Assembly: GCA_902576335.1 (NCBI GenBank)
Contig: CACGVC010000005.1
Span: 204 to 64,203, forward strand
Direction: 5' to 3'
DNA from: an uncultured Pelagibacteraceae bacterium
GTDB taxonomy: Bacteria > Pseudomonadota > Alphaproteobacteria > Pelagibacterales > Pelagibacteraceae
Length of the DNA: 64,000 nt
Shown here: positions 32,937 through 42,403 of the stretch, one piece after another
Layout of the letters: the number at the start of each line of letters is the position of its first letter
How positions within the stretch are numbered: the stretch's first letter is position 1
The notes under the pieces: generated by a model
Databases searched by the model: none
The model's input: the letters and a program-made list of their open reading frames with translations, nothing else
What the model was told of the DNA's origin: nothing
Program-made: the position numbers and the translations under genes

Positions 32937-33944
32937 ATGAAAATTTTAATCGCAACAGATGCATATTTTCCACAAGTAAATGGTGTTGTAAGAACCTTGC
33001 ATGAAACAGGTAAAATTTTAAAAGAACAAGGTCATAGAATAGAATATATCACACCAGAATTATTTTTAACTTTTCCGATGCCAAAATATAATGAAATTAG
33101 AATATCTATTAATGTTTGGCCAAGAGTTGGTAGCTTAATAAAGAAAATAAAACCTGATGCAATTCATATAGCTACTGAAGGTCCTATAGGGACTATGGCA
33201 AGAAGATATTGTTTGAAGAATAAACTAAAGTTTACCACAAGTTTTCATACAAGATTTGATAAATATCTTAAGCTTTACTTTCCTATTATACCTGCAAAAT
33301 GGGCTGAAAAATTCTTAGCAAACTTTCATAACAAGGCTGAGAGAATCTTAGTAACAACAGAATCTATGAGAAAAGAATTAATCGATATAGGTATAGATAA
33401 TAATAAAATGATTACTTGGACAAGAGGAGGCAATCATGGAGCTTTTAAGAGTCCGAAAAAAATTGATTTACCACATAAAAGACCGATTTGGATTTATGTT
33501 GGAAGAGTTGCAGTTGAAAAAAACATAAGAGCTTTTTTAGAATGTGATTTAGAGGGTACAAAAATGATAATAGGAAAGGGACCTGATTTAAAAAAATTAA
33601 AAAAAGAATTTCCTAAAGATATTTTTTTAGGAGAAAAAACAAACGGTGAATTAGCGTCTCATTTTGCATCTTCCGATGTTTTTGTATTTCCAAGTAAAAC
33701 AGATACATTTGGAATTGTAGTTTGTGAGTCTTTAAATTGCGGAACACCTGTAGCTGCTTATCCTGTTCCAGGTCCTAAAGATATATTTGAGGGTTCCAAA
33801 ATAAATTGTTTAGATAATGATCTTAAAGTTTCAGCTCATAAAGCTTTGAAAGTTAATAGAAATGATTGTCTTGAATTTGCAAAAAAATTCACTTGGGAAG
33901 AAACAGCAAAAATATTTTTTAACAATATTTCACCAAATCATTAG
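32937..33944 (+). CDS. agt: GT4 glycosyltransferase, Agt-like glycolipid synthase
   Basis: TDAYFPQVNGVVRTL, HIATEGPIG, TTSFHTRF, VGRVAVEKN, FPSKTDTFG; directly after plcP. Confidence 0.82.
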   Translation: MKILIATDAYFPQVNGVVRTLHETGKILKEQGHRIEYITPELFLTFPMPKYNEIRISINVWPRVGSLIKKIKPDAIHIATEGPIGTMARRYCLKNKLKFTTSFHTRFDKYLKLYFPIIPAKWAEKFLANFHNKAERILVTTESMRKELIDIGIDNNKMITWTRGGNHGAFKSPKKIDLPHKRPIWIYVGRVAVEKNIRAFLECDLEGTKMIIGKGPDLKKLKKEFPKDIFLGEKTNGELASHFASSDVFVFPSKTDTFGIVVCESLNCGTPVAAYPVPGPKDIFEGSKINCLDNDLKVSAHKALKVNRNDCLEFAKKFTWEETAKIFFNNISPNH

Positions 33945-34009
33945 TTAATTTTTCCTTAATTTATTTGCATTAAAAAGTTTAATGATGCAAAATTAAGCCG
34001 TCTAAATTT

Positions 34010-35155
34010 ATGGAATATTTCATCATTCTACTTATAGTTGTTATAATTTATCTCCTCTATTTACTTAATCAAAAAAAAAACAAATCAATAAATACTGCTA
34101 CAATAATTAATAAAAGAGAGGAAAAAACCAAAAGAGTAATTATTGATGAGCTTGAGGATCAATTTTTTGCATTAAATAAATTTAACATAATTAAATATGC
34201 CAATCCAAGTGCATTAAAAAGATTTGGAAGTAATTTAATTGATAAAAACATATCTTCTATAATTCGAAAACCAGAATTAATAGAAAATATTGAAAAAGCT
34301 ATTGTTGAAAATAAAACAAAAAATATTGACATTGAAATAGACCTCCCATCATATCAATTCTATAAAATTTATATTATTCCTGGCCCAACTCATTTGTTTA
34401 CTGAACCAGACTCTGTTGTGTTATTTTTAAAAGATTTTACTGAAATTACAAAAGCACAAAAATTTAAAACTGATTTTGTAGCAAATGTAAGCCATGAATT
34501 AAGAACACCTTTAATGGCAATCAAAGGATCACTAGAAACAATTGAGGGCCCAGCGTCTGATGATGAAAAGGCTAAAAAAAAATTTATGAAAATAATGACT
34601 GATCAATCAAATAGAATGGAAAATTTAATTAATGATCTTTTAATACTCACAAGAATTGAATTAGAAGAACACATAAGGCCAAACTCTTTAGTTGATATAA
34701 ATGATCTTTTCAAAACAATCATCAGTAATTTTGAGATTGTTTTAAAAAGAAAGAAATTAAATATTAATTTATCTCTCGCCAATCCAACAGTTGTTATTGG
34801 AGATGAAAAAAAATTACAAACTGTTTTTTCTAATCTTTTAGATAATGCAATTAAGTATTCAAAGGAAAATAAGTCTATTTTTATATCAAGCAAAATTAGC
34901 GATGGTAAATTGTTAGAAAAAAATTTTATGATCAGTATTAAAGACGAAGGTGTTGGCATTCCTCAAAGATATATTTCTAGAATTACAGAAAGATTTTTTA
35001 GGGTAGATCTTGAACAAAGTAACAAGGTTGGTGGAACCGGTTTAGGATTAGCTATTGTTAAACATATAGTTACTCAACATCGTGGACACTATGAGATTCT
35101 AAGTGAGGAAAACCAAGGAACTGAAATTCAAATTTATTTACCAGCGAAAACTTAA
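34010..35155 (+). CDS. phoR: Phosphate regulon sensor kinase PhoR
   Basis: Single TM, PAS, DFVANVSHELRTP, NLLDNAIKYS, RITERFFRVD, GGTGLGLAIVKH; within pho cluster. Confidence 0.92.
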   Translation: MEYFIILLIVVIIYLLYLLNQKKNKSINTATIINKREEKTKRVIIDELEDQFFALNKFNIIKYANPSALKRFGSNLIDKNISSIIRKPELIENIEKAIVENKTKNIDIEIDLPSYQFYKIYIIPGPTHLFTEPDSVVLFLKDFTEITKAQKFKTDFVANVSHELRTPLMAIKGSLETIEGPASDDEKAKKKFMKIMTDQSNRMENLINDLLILTRIELEEHIRPNSLVDINDLFKTIISNFEIVLKRKKLNINLSLANPTVVIGDEKKLQTVFSNLLDNAIKYSKENKSIFISSKISDGKLLEKNFMISIKDEGVGIPQRYISRITERFFRVDLEQSNKVGGTGLGLAIVKHIVTQHRGHYEILSEENQGTEIQIYLPAKT

Positions 35156-35245
35156 ATTTAAAAAATATTATATTGTAATAGTTTTAAAAGGTTTTTTTAA
35201 CAATTCTTTACTTGATTAATGTTAATCTTTTAATTAATTTTTTAT

Positions 35246-35854
35246 ATGGTTAAAATATTTAAAAATATTTTGATTTTTGCTTTTTTATTAAGCTCTATAA
35301 CAACAAGTGTTTTTTCTAAAGATATAACAACATTATTAAGAAATCAGCAACTTACAGTTTTTGATATTGGAATTTTTAGATTAGAGGCAGATTTGAAAAC
35401 TTCATATCCTTCTATTAAAGATCATTTAGAAGTTACTGAAGCTGAATTTTATACAGACGTAGTTACCTCGTATTCTAAAAATTCAATTGATTTAATTGTT
35501 TCTGTTCCTATGAATAGAAATCTCAAGAAGGAAAATTATTTTTCAGATTCTTTTAGATGTAGGAATATTTTTAATTCTGTAAGAGATTTTTTATTGAGGA
35601 ATGAAAATTTGAGTAATTATAGATATACTATGGCTACAAGCTATTTAACCTCTATATTTTCAACCCCAAGTTCATGGCCAAGCTGGAGATATGATGAAGA
35701 AATTAGAGAGGAATTAGTAAACTTAGTAAAACTAGAAATAACTTTACGTCCAACCAAAGAACTAGCTCTTAATGAACAGGTAAACCCTGTTTCATGTATT
35801 GGTGGCTTAGAAACTGATATTGATCAAATAATTATATCAAAAAAATACAACTAA
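35246..35854 (+). CDS. Hypothetical secreted/periplasmic protein (202 aa)
   Basis: Sec-type signal peptide (MVKIFKNILIFAFLLSSITTSVFS); two Cys; no motif recognised. Confidence 0.75.
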   Translation: MVKIFKNILIFAFLLSSITTSVFSKDITTLLRNQQLTVFDIGIFRLEADLKTSYPSIKDHLEVTEAEFYTDVVTSYSKNSIDLIVSVPMNRNLKKENYFSDSFRCRNIFNSVRDFLLRNENLSNYRYTMATSYLTSIFSTPSSWPSWRYDEEIREELVNLVKLEITLRPTKELALNEQVNPVSCIGGLETDIDQIIISKKYN

Positions 35855-35865
35855 AAAGTTACCTT

Positions 35866-35894
35866 TTTAACAAAAGTGTAACAATTCTGTAATA
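35866..35894 (+). promoter_or_regulatory. Pho box upstream of pstS
   Basis: TTTAACA-aaag-TGTAACA-attc-TGTAATA, three half-sites with exact 11-bp period (35866, 35877, 35888). Confidence 0.8.
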
Positions 35895-35963
35895 TTAAAG
35901 ATTCAATAAATTTATACGAGTCAATCATTTTTTAATTAATAAATAACGAAAGGATTAAAGATA

Positions 35964-36995
35964 ATGAAAAAACTAACTACAGTAATTGCTTCTTTAGTTG
36001 CACTTTCAATTGCAACTGTTGCTCAAGCAAGAGATCAAATTAAGATAGTTGGTTCTTCTACAGTATTCCCTTATGCAACAGTTGTTGCTGAAAGATTTGG
36101 TGGTTCAGGATTTAAAACTCCTGTAATCGAGTCTACTGGTACTGGTGGTGGAGCTAAACTATTCTGTGCTGGTGTAGGTGAACAACATCCAGATATTACA
36201 AATGCATCAAGAGCTATGAAAGATAAAGAAAAAGCTCTATGTAAGAAAAATGGTGTTAATGATATCGTTGAGATCGTAATTGGTAATGATGGTATTACAT
36301 TAGCTTACAGCAAAGATGCAAAACCAGTAAACTTTACTAAAGAACAATTATATTTAGCACTTGCTGCTCATACAGTTGTTGATGGTAAATTAGTTCCAAA
36401 TATTTATAAAACTTGGGACCAAATTGACCCTAGCTTACCAAAACAAAAAATTTCAGTGATGATCCCACCAGGAACATCAGGAACTAGAGATGCTTGGAAT
36501 TCTTTAGTAATGAAAAAAGGTATGACTAAAGAAGCTAAAGCTCTTTATAAAGCTGGTTTTGAAGCTGGAAATAAAAAATACAAAAAACCTCAAAAACTTT
36601 ACAGAGAAGATGGTGCTGCTATTGAAGTTGGAGAAAACGATAGTTTAATCATCCAAAAGTTAACTCAAGATAAAGAAATGTTTGGTTTCTTTGGTTTCAG
36701 TTATTTCTTAGCTGCAAAAGATAAATTGCAAGCAGCAAGTATTGATGGTGGACAACCGTCATTAAAGTCTATTCAAGACTACAGTTATGCTGTTGCTAGA
36801 CCTTTATTCTTCTACGTGAAAAAAGCACACGTTGGAGTAATTCCAGGCTTACATGAGTTTGTGAAAGAATTCACAACTAAGAAAGCTATTGGAAAAGGGG
36901 GTTACTTAGCAGACATTGGTTTAGTGCCATTGGACTCTAAGTTGTATAAAACAACTAGAACTAATGCTACGAAGCTAGTTGCTATGGGTAATTAA
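35964..36995 (+). CDS. pstS: Phosphate ABC transporter substrate-binding protein
   Basis: Signal peptide, IVGSSTVFP, ESTGTGGG, NASR, SGTRD, ARPLFFYVK. Confidence 0.95.
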   Translation: MKKLTTVIASLVALSIATVAQARDQIKIVGSSTVFPYATVVAERFGGSGFKTPVIESTGTGGGAKLFCAGVGEQHPDITNASRAMKDKEKALCKKNGVNDIVEIVIGNDGITLAYSKDAKPVNFTKEQLYLALAAHTVVDGKLVPNIYKTWDQIDPSLPKQKISVMIPPGTSGTRDAWNSLVMKKGMTKEAKALYKAGFEAGNKKYKKPQKLYREDGAAIEVGENDSLIIQKLTQDKEMFGFFGFSYFLAAKDKLQAASIDGGQPSLKSIQDYSYAVARPLFFYVKKAHVGVIPGLHEFVKEFTTKKAIGKGGYLADIGLVPLDSKLYKTTRTNATKLVAMGN

Positions 36996-37020
36996 TTATT
37001 CCTCAGTTAACAAATGATTA

Positions 37021-37051
37021 AAAAGGGGGTCTTTTTAGACCCCTTTTTTTT
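37021..37051 (+). terminator. Stem-loop with U-tract between pstS and pstC
   Basis: AAAAGGGGGTCT-TTTT-AGACCCCTTTTTTTT. Confidence 0.85.
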
Positions 37052-37086
37052 AAAAAAAGAGTAAAGTCCTCACTTAAGGAGATTCT

Positions 37087-38472
37087 GTGAACTTAATATT
37101 ATTTACATTTATTGTTCTTCTAGGTTTCACAAGCTATTATTTTGGACGCAAAAAAGCATATACAATTCAATCTACAAAAAAAAGATTAACCGCATTACCA
37201 CAATTTTATGGTTATTATCTTGCAATCTGGTGTGCAATACCAGCCTTTATAATTTTTTCATTATGGGCAATTTTTGAGCCCACAATTGTAAAACTATTAA
37301 TCTTAAGTGATTATTCAAATCAAGGTTATCTTGATGATGAATTAAATTTATTATACGAAAAATCAAAAGCATTGTCTCGAGGGCAATTCACTGGAGAAAT
37401 TACACCTTTTATTGAAGCTTCAGCTGAAAAATATTTAAGTCTTCGATCAATAGCTCAAAGTTCAAAAGTTGTTATAGTATTATCTGCAATTATTGCCTCT
37501 GTTGCTTATGCGTATAAAAGAATTTCATCTAATTCTAGAACAAGAGAACCAGTTGAAAAATTTTTGAACGCAGTTTTATTTACAGCTTCTTTAGCTGCAA
37601 TATTAACTACTGTTGGAATAGTTTTCTCACTTATATTTCAAACTATAGATTTTTTTAAAGTAATTCCATTATTTGATTTTGTCTTTGGAACTCACTGGTA
37701 TCCAGCAAAAGCTTTTGTTAGAGATTCTTCTGAGGCTTTAGATCCGACAATGTATTCAGATACTTTTGGAGCAGTCCCTATTTTTGCAGGTACTTTTTTT
37801 ATTGCATTTATTGCTATGTGCGTTGCTATCCCAATTGGATTAATGAGTGGAATTTATTTAGCTGAATATGCATCAACTAAAGTTAGACAATATGCAAAAC
37901 CATTAATTGAAATTTTAGCTGGTATACCAACAGTTGTTTATGGTTTTTTTGCTGCCCTAACTGTTGGACCATTTTTGAAAGAATTAGGAACTTCAATGGG
38001 TCTTGAAGTTTCAGCTGAAAGTGCTTTAGCAGCAGGAGGGGTAATGGGTATTATGATTATACCATTTATTTCAAGTTTAAGTGACGATGTAATTACAAGT
38101 GTGCCTCAAAGTTTAAGAGATGGAAGTTACGCTATGGGAGCAACTAAATCAGAAACAATTAAGAGAGTTATTTTTCCCGCGGCATTGCCGGGGATAGTTG
38201 GATCTATTTTACTTGGTGTTTCAAGAGCTATTGGAGAAACAATGATAGTTGTTATGGCCTCTGGTTTAGCTGCTAATTTAACTTTAAATCCTTTAGAGTC
38301 TACTTCAACGATTACAGCTCAAATTGTAGTTATTCTAATTGGTGACCAAGCTTTTGGCGACCCAAAAACGCAAGCTGCTTTTGCTTTAGGTATGTCATTA
38401 TTTTTAGTAACACTTTGTCTAAATATTGTGGCCTTGAGAGTAGTTAAAAAATATAGAGAAAAATATGAATAA
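37087..38472 (+). CDS. pstC: Phosphate ABC transporter permease PstC
   Basis: EILAGIPTVVYGFF, LRDGSYAMGAT, SRAIGETM. Confidence 0.95.
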   Translation: MNLILFTFIVLLGFTSYYFGRKKAYTIQSTKKRLTALPQFYGYYLAIWCAIPAFIIFSLWAIFEPTIVKLLILSDYSNQGYLDDELNLLYEKSKALSRGQFTGEITPFIEASAEKYLSLRSIAQSSKVVIVLSAIIASVAYAYKRISSNSRTREPVEKFLNAVLFTASLAAILTTVGIVFSLIFQTIDFFKVIPLFDFVFGTHWYPAKAFVRDSSEALDPTMYSDTFGAVPIFAGTFFIAFIAMCVAIPIGLMSGIYLAEYASTKVRQYAKPLIEILAGIPTVVYGFFAALTVGPFLKELGTSMGLEVSAESALAAGGVMGIMIIPFISSLSDDVITSVPQSLRDGSYAMGATKSETIKRVIFPAALPGIVGSILLGVSRAIGETMIVVMASGLAANLTLNPLESTSTITAQIVVILIGDQAFGDPKTQAAFALGMSLFLVTLCLNIVALRVVKKYREKYE

Positions 38473-39733
38473 AAATAAAGAACAATTATTAAATAAAAGA
38501 TATAAAGCTGAACAGCGATTTCGCTTATACGGTCTGAGTGCAATTTTTATGGCACTTTTATTTTTAACAATCTTTATTTTTAAAATTTTTTCAACTGGCT
38601 ATTCAGCTTTTCAAAAAACATGGCTTATTGTTCCAGTAACTTTCGATGCTGAATTAATGATGTTAGACCAAAATCCTTCTAAAGAAGATTTACAGGACGC
38701 TGATTATTACGATATAGCATTAAAATCAATGGCTGATTTAGATCCAAACGCCAATGAAGATCAAGAAAATGAATTGAAGAGAATGGTGTCTTATTTTTTT
38801 GAAAAAGAAATTAAAAATGAACTTTTAAATGACCCTAATTTAATAGGAAAAACAAAGGAAGTTTATCTAACTGCTTCAGATGATTTAGACCAAGTCTTTA
38901 AAGGAAATTATCCAAGAGATTTACCTGAAGACCAAAGAAGAGTAAGCGATTATCAATTAAAAATTTTTGATCAACTTGTTGCAAATGGCAAGGTTGAAAG
39001 TAAATTTAATATAAGTTTTTTTACAAATGCTGACTCAAGAGAAGCTGAGCTAGCTGGAATAGCAAGTTCATTTATGGGCTCAATTTTTTCTATACTTGTT
39101 TGTTTAATGATAGCTTTTCCTGTTGCGGTTCTAGCTGCAATCTATCTTGAAGAATTTGCCCCTAAAAATAGATTTACTGATTTTATTGAAGTTAATATAA
39201 ACAACTTAGCAGCGGTTCCATCTATAGTTTTTGGTCTATTAGGGTTAGGAGTTTTATTGGCTATATTTCATTTACCAAGGTCTACCCCATTAGTTGGAGG
39301 TATCACTTTGTCCTTAATGACTTTACCAACAATAATTATAGCTGCTAGAGCATCTTTAAAAGCAGTTCCACCAAGTATAAGAGAGGCAGCACTTGCTATG
39401 GGAGCAAGTCGAATGCAAACCACAATGCATCATACAGTCCCTCTTTCTATGCCTGGCACGTTATCAGGAACAATAATTGGTTTAGCTCAAGCTTTAGGAG
39501 AAACTGCACCCTTAATTTTAATTGGAATGGTTGCTTTTGTTAACACGATACCTGGATCACCCATGGATCCTGCTGCAAGCTTACCAGTTCAAATTTATAT
39601 TTGGGCTGAAAGTGCTGAAAGGGGATTTGTAGAAAAAGTTTCGGCATGTATAATGGTCTTACTTGGCTTTTTAATAATAATGAATTTATTTGCCCAAATA
39701 ATAAGACATAAGTTTGAGAAAAAATGGAGTTAA
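38465..39733 (+). CDS. pstA: Phosphate ABC transporter permease PstA
   Basis: [40 protein letters not shown]. Confidence 0.95.
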   Translation: MNKNKEQLLNKRYKAEQRFRLYGLSAIFMALLFLTIFIFKIFSTGYSAFQKTWLIVPVTFDAELMMLDQNPSKEDLQDADYYDIALKSMADLDPNANEDQENELKRMVSYFFEKEIKNELLNDPNLIGKTKEVYLTASDDLDQVFKGNYPRDLPEDQRRVSDYQLKIFDQLVANGKVESKFNISFFTNADSREAELAGIASSFMGSIFSILVCLMIAFPVAVLAAIYLEEFAPKNRFTDFIEVNINNLAAVPSIVFGLLGLGVLLAIFHLPRSTPLVGGITLSLMTLPTIIIAARASLKAVPPSIREAALAMGASRMQTTMHHTVPLSMPGTLSGTIIGLAQALGETAPLILIGMVAFVNTIPGSPMDPAASLPVQIYIWAESAERGFVEKVSACIMVLLGFLIIMNLFAQIIRHKFEKKWS

Positions 39734-39734
39734 A

Positions 39735-40490
39735 ATGATAAAGATTAAAGCAAAAGATGTTGATGTTTTTTATGGAAAAAAACAAGCGCTCTTTAATATA
39801 AGTTTAGATATTGAGGAAAATCAAGTAACGGCATTAATTGGTCCATCTGGTTGTGGTAAATCAACTTTCCTAAGATGTCTTAATAGAATGAATGATGTAA
39901 TTGATATCTGTAGTGTTAAAGGAGAAATTTTTATTAATGATTTTAATATCAATGATAAAAGTTGTGATGTCGTAAGACTAAGAGAAAAAATTGGTATGGT
40001 TTTTCAAAAACCCAATCCTTTCCCAAAAACTTTATATGAAAATGTGTCTTATGGTCCAACAATTCATGGTATGGCTCAATCAAAACAAGAAATGGATGAA
40101 ATTGTTGAAACTAGTTTGAAAAAGGCTGCACTATGGGAAGAGGTAAAAGATAGGTTGCATGAACCTGGAACTGGATTATCTGGAGGACAACAGCAAAGAC
40201 TTTGTATTGCTAGAGCGATTTCTGTAACACCTGAAGTTATATTAATGGATGAACCTTGTTCAGCATTAGATCCAATAGCAACAGCACAAATTGAAGAATT
40301 GATTGATGAGTTAAAAAAAGAGCACACAATAATAATTGTAACTCATTCTATGGCTCAAGCAGCACGTGTTTCTCAAAATACAGGTTTTTTTCATTTAGGT
40401 CAATTGATTGAACATGGATCTACTGATAAAATATTTAAGAATCCTGATAATAAAAAAACGCAAGATTATATAACAGGGAGGTTTGGATAA
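39735..40490 (+). CDS. pstB: Phosphate ABC transporter ATP-binding protein PstB
   Basis: [38 protein letters not shown]; start set at the ATG after GGAG. Confidence 0.96.
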   Translation: MIKIKAKDVDVFYGKKQALFNISLDIEENQVTALIGPSGCGKSTFLRCLNRMNDVIDICSVKGEIFINDFNINDKSCDVVRLREKIGMVFQKPNPFPKTLYENVSYGPTIHGMAQSKQEMDEIVETSLKKAALWEEVKDRLHEPGTGLSGGQQQRLCIARAISVTPEVILMDEPCSALDPIATAQIEELIDELKKEHTIIIVTHSMAQAARVSQNTGFFHLGQLIEHGSTDKIFKNPDNKKTQDYITGRFG

Positions 40491-41197
40491 TGTCTGAAGC
40501 ACCACATACAGTCAAATCTTACGAAGAAGAACTAAAAAATCTTAATGCTAATATAATTAAAATGGGAAGTGCATGTGAAGATTCTTTAGGTAAAGCAATT
40601 CAAGCCATTACAACAAGAGATAATAATATTGCAGAAACTGTTATTCAAGAAGATGAAAAAATAGATAAATATGAGACTTTAATTGAACAGCAAGTTGTGA
40701 ATTTAATTGCTTTAAGACAACCTATGGCAATTGATTTAAGAGAGACAGTAACGGCTTTGAAAATGTCTTCAGATTTAGAAAGAATAGGTGATTTAGCAAA
40801 AAATATATCCAAGAGAACACTTTTGCTTAACGAAAATCTTCCAAAGAACTTGGTAGACTCATTGAATAGAGTATCTACCAATGTTCAAAAACAATTAAAA
40901 TCAACATTAGATGCTTATCTAGAAAGATCTGCGCCAATGGCAGTAAATGTTTGGGAAGGTGATGAGCAAATAGATGATCTAACAAATCTTTGTATGCAAG
41001 AAGTTATAAAATATCTTAAAGAAAATGAAAAAAATTTAGAAGATGGAACCCATTTATTGTTTGTAACTAAAAACATAGAGCGTATTGGTGATCATACTAC
41101 AAATGTTGCAGAACAAGTTTATTATTTAGTTAAAGGCGAATATTTAGAAGGTGATAGACCCAAGGGAACAGAGCCAATTGTAACCGGAGAAAAATGA
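40490..41197 (+). CDS. phoU: Phosphate signalling protein PhoU
   Basis: RQPMAIDLR, DLERIGDLA, IERIGDHTTN repeats. Confidence 0.95.
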   Translation: MSEAPHTVKSYEEELKNLNANIIKMGSACEDSLGKAIQAITTRDNNIAETVIQEDEKIDKYETLIEQQVVNLIALRQPMAIDLRETVTALKMSSDLERIGDLAKNISKRTLLLNENLPKNLVDSLNRVSTNVQKQLKSTLDAYLERSAPMAVNVWEGDEQIDDLTNLCMQEVIKYLKENEKNLEDGTHLLFVTKNIERIGDHTTNVAEQVYYLVKGEYLEGDRPKGTEPIVTGEK

Positions 41198-41200
41198 TTT

Positions 41201-41884
41201 ATGTCAGCTCATGTTTTCATAGCTGAAGATGAAGCATCAATTGTTAGTTTGTTAAAGTACAATCTTGAAAAAGAAGGTTATAAAGTCAGTCATTCAGAAA
41301 ATGGAGAAGATGCTCTTAAACAAATAAAATTAAAACAGCCAGATTTAATATTAATGGATTGGATGTTACCAGAATTATCTGGTGTTGAAATTTGTAAAAA
41401 CTTAAAAAAAGATAATAAGTTTAATGATATTCCTGTCATTATGTTAACTGCAAAAGGGGAGGAAGAAGACAAATTAAAAGCATTTGATACAGGTGCAGAT
41501 GATTATGTAACTAAACCTTTTAGTCAAAAAGAATTGAATGCTAGAATTAAATCTTTATTGAGAAGATCTAAACCTCAATCATCATCAGACATTGTAGAAT
41601 TTACTGATTTAAAAATAGATCGGATTACAAAAAGAGTTTATAGAAAAGATAAAGAAATTACTTTGGGTCCAACTGAATTTAAACTCTTAGATTTTTTTAT
41701 CAAAAATCCAAAAAGAGTTTATTCAAGAGAACAACTCTTAAACAATGTTTGGGGAGAAAATATATATGTTGAGTCTAGAACAGTTGATGTTCATATTAGA
41801 AGATTAAGACAAGCAATTAACATACAAAATACAAAACCTTTAATTAGAACAGTAAGATCAGCTGGTTATTCTTTAGAATCTTGA
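41201..41884 (+). CDS. phoB: Phosphate regulon response regulator PhoB
   Basis: DWMLP, GADDYVTKPFS, LGPTEFKLL, RTVDVHIRRLR, RTVRSAGY. Confidence 0.95.
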   Translation: MSAHVFIAEDEASIVSLLKYNLEKEGYKVSHSENGEDALKQIKLKQPDLILMDWMLPELSGVEICKNLKKDNKFNDIPVIMLTAKGEEEDKLKAFDTGADDYVTKPFSQKELNARIKSLLRRSKPQSSSDIVEFTDLKIDRITKRVYRKDKEITLGPTEFKLLDFFIKNPKRVYSREQLLNNVWGENIYVESRTVDVHIRRLRQAINIQNTKPLIRTVRSAGYSLES

Positions 41885-42390
41885 AGATCTTTGGGTCTTA
41901 TAAATTTTTTTAATACTCCCTTTTTCTCAACTTCATTCCAGGATTTAATATCAAACTCAATTTTTGCAAATGCTGCTGTTGGGAATTTATAATTCATTAG
42001 TTTAAAATTATTCGTATTATGATTTTTTGTAAGATTTCGTACTAAATTTTTCACTGATGGTTCATGGTTTATAATCAAAATTGATTTATATTCACTGGAT
42101 ATTTCTTTAATTTTTTTTACAATTGCATTCTCATCAACTAAATATAAATCTTTTGAAAAATTAACTTTTTTTGGCTTATTAATTTTCTTGGATAAAATTT
42201 GAAAAGTTTTTTTTGTTCTTTTTGATGATGAAATTAATGCATAATCAAATTCAAATTTTTTTTTAACAAAAAATTCACAAATCATTTTTGCATTTTTCTT
42301 GCCTCTTTTAGTAAGTGGTCTATCAAAATCATTAATACTTAAATCATCCCAACTAGATTTTGCGTGTCTCATGACGTATAATTGATACAT
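41866..42390 (-). CDS. sixA: SixA-like histidine phosphatase family protein
   Basis: LYVMRHAKS, DFDRPLT.RG, SSSKRT..T, INHEP, KFPTAA; start moved to ATG 42390 to avoid overlap with ppk1. Confidence 0.85.
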   Translation of the reverse strand: MYQLYVMRHAKSSWDDLSINDFDRPLTKRGKKNAKMICEFFVKKKFEFDYALISSSKRTKKTFQILSKKINKPKKVNFSKDLYLVDENAIVKKIKEISSEYKSILIINHEPSVKNLVRNLTKNHNTNNFKLMNYKFPTAAFAKIEFDIKSWNEVEKKGVLKKFIRPKDLQDSKE

Positions 42391-42403
42391 AAAATCTAAA
42401 TAT

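Noticed and set aside
33953-33997. Imperfect inverted repeat (CTTAATT..TTTGCAT...ATGCAAA.ATTAAG) upstream of phoR
   Set aside because: Almost all A/T with bulges; equally explained as a TTGCAT-N17-CAAAAT promoter; too weak to call
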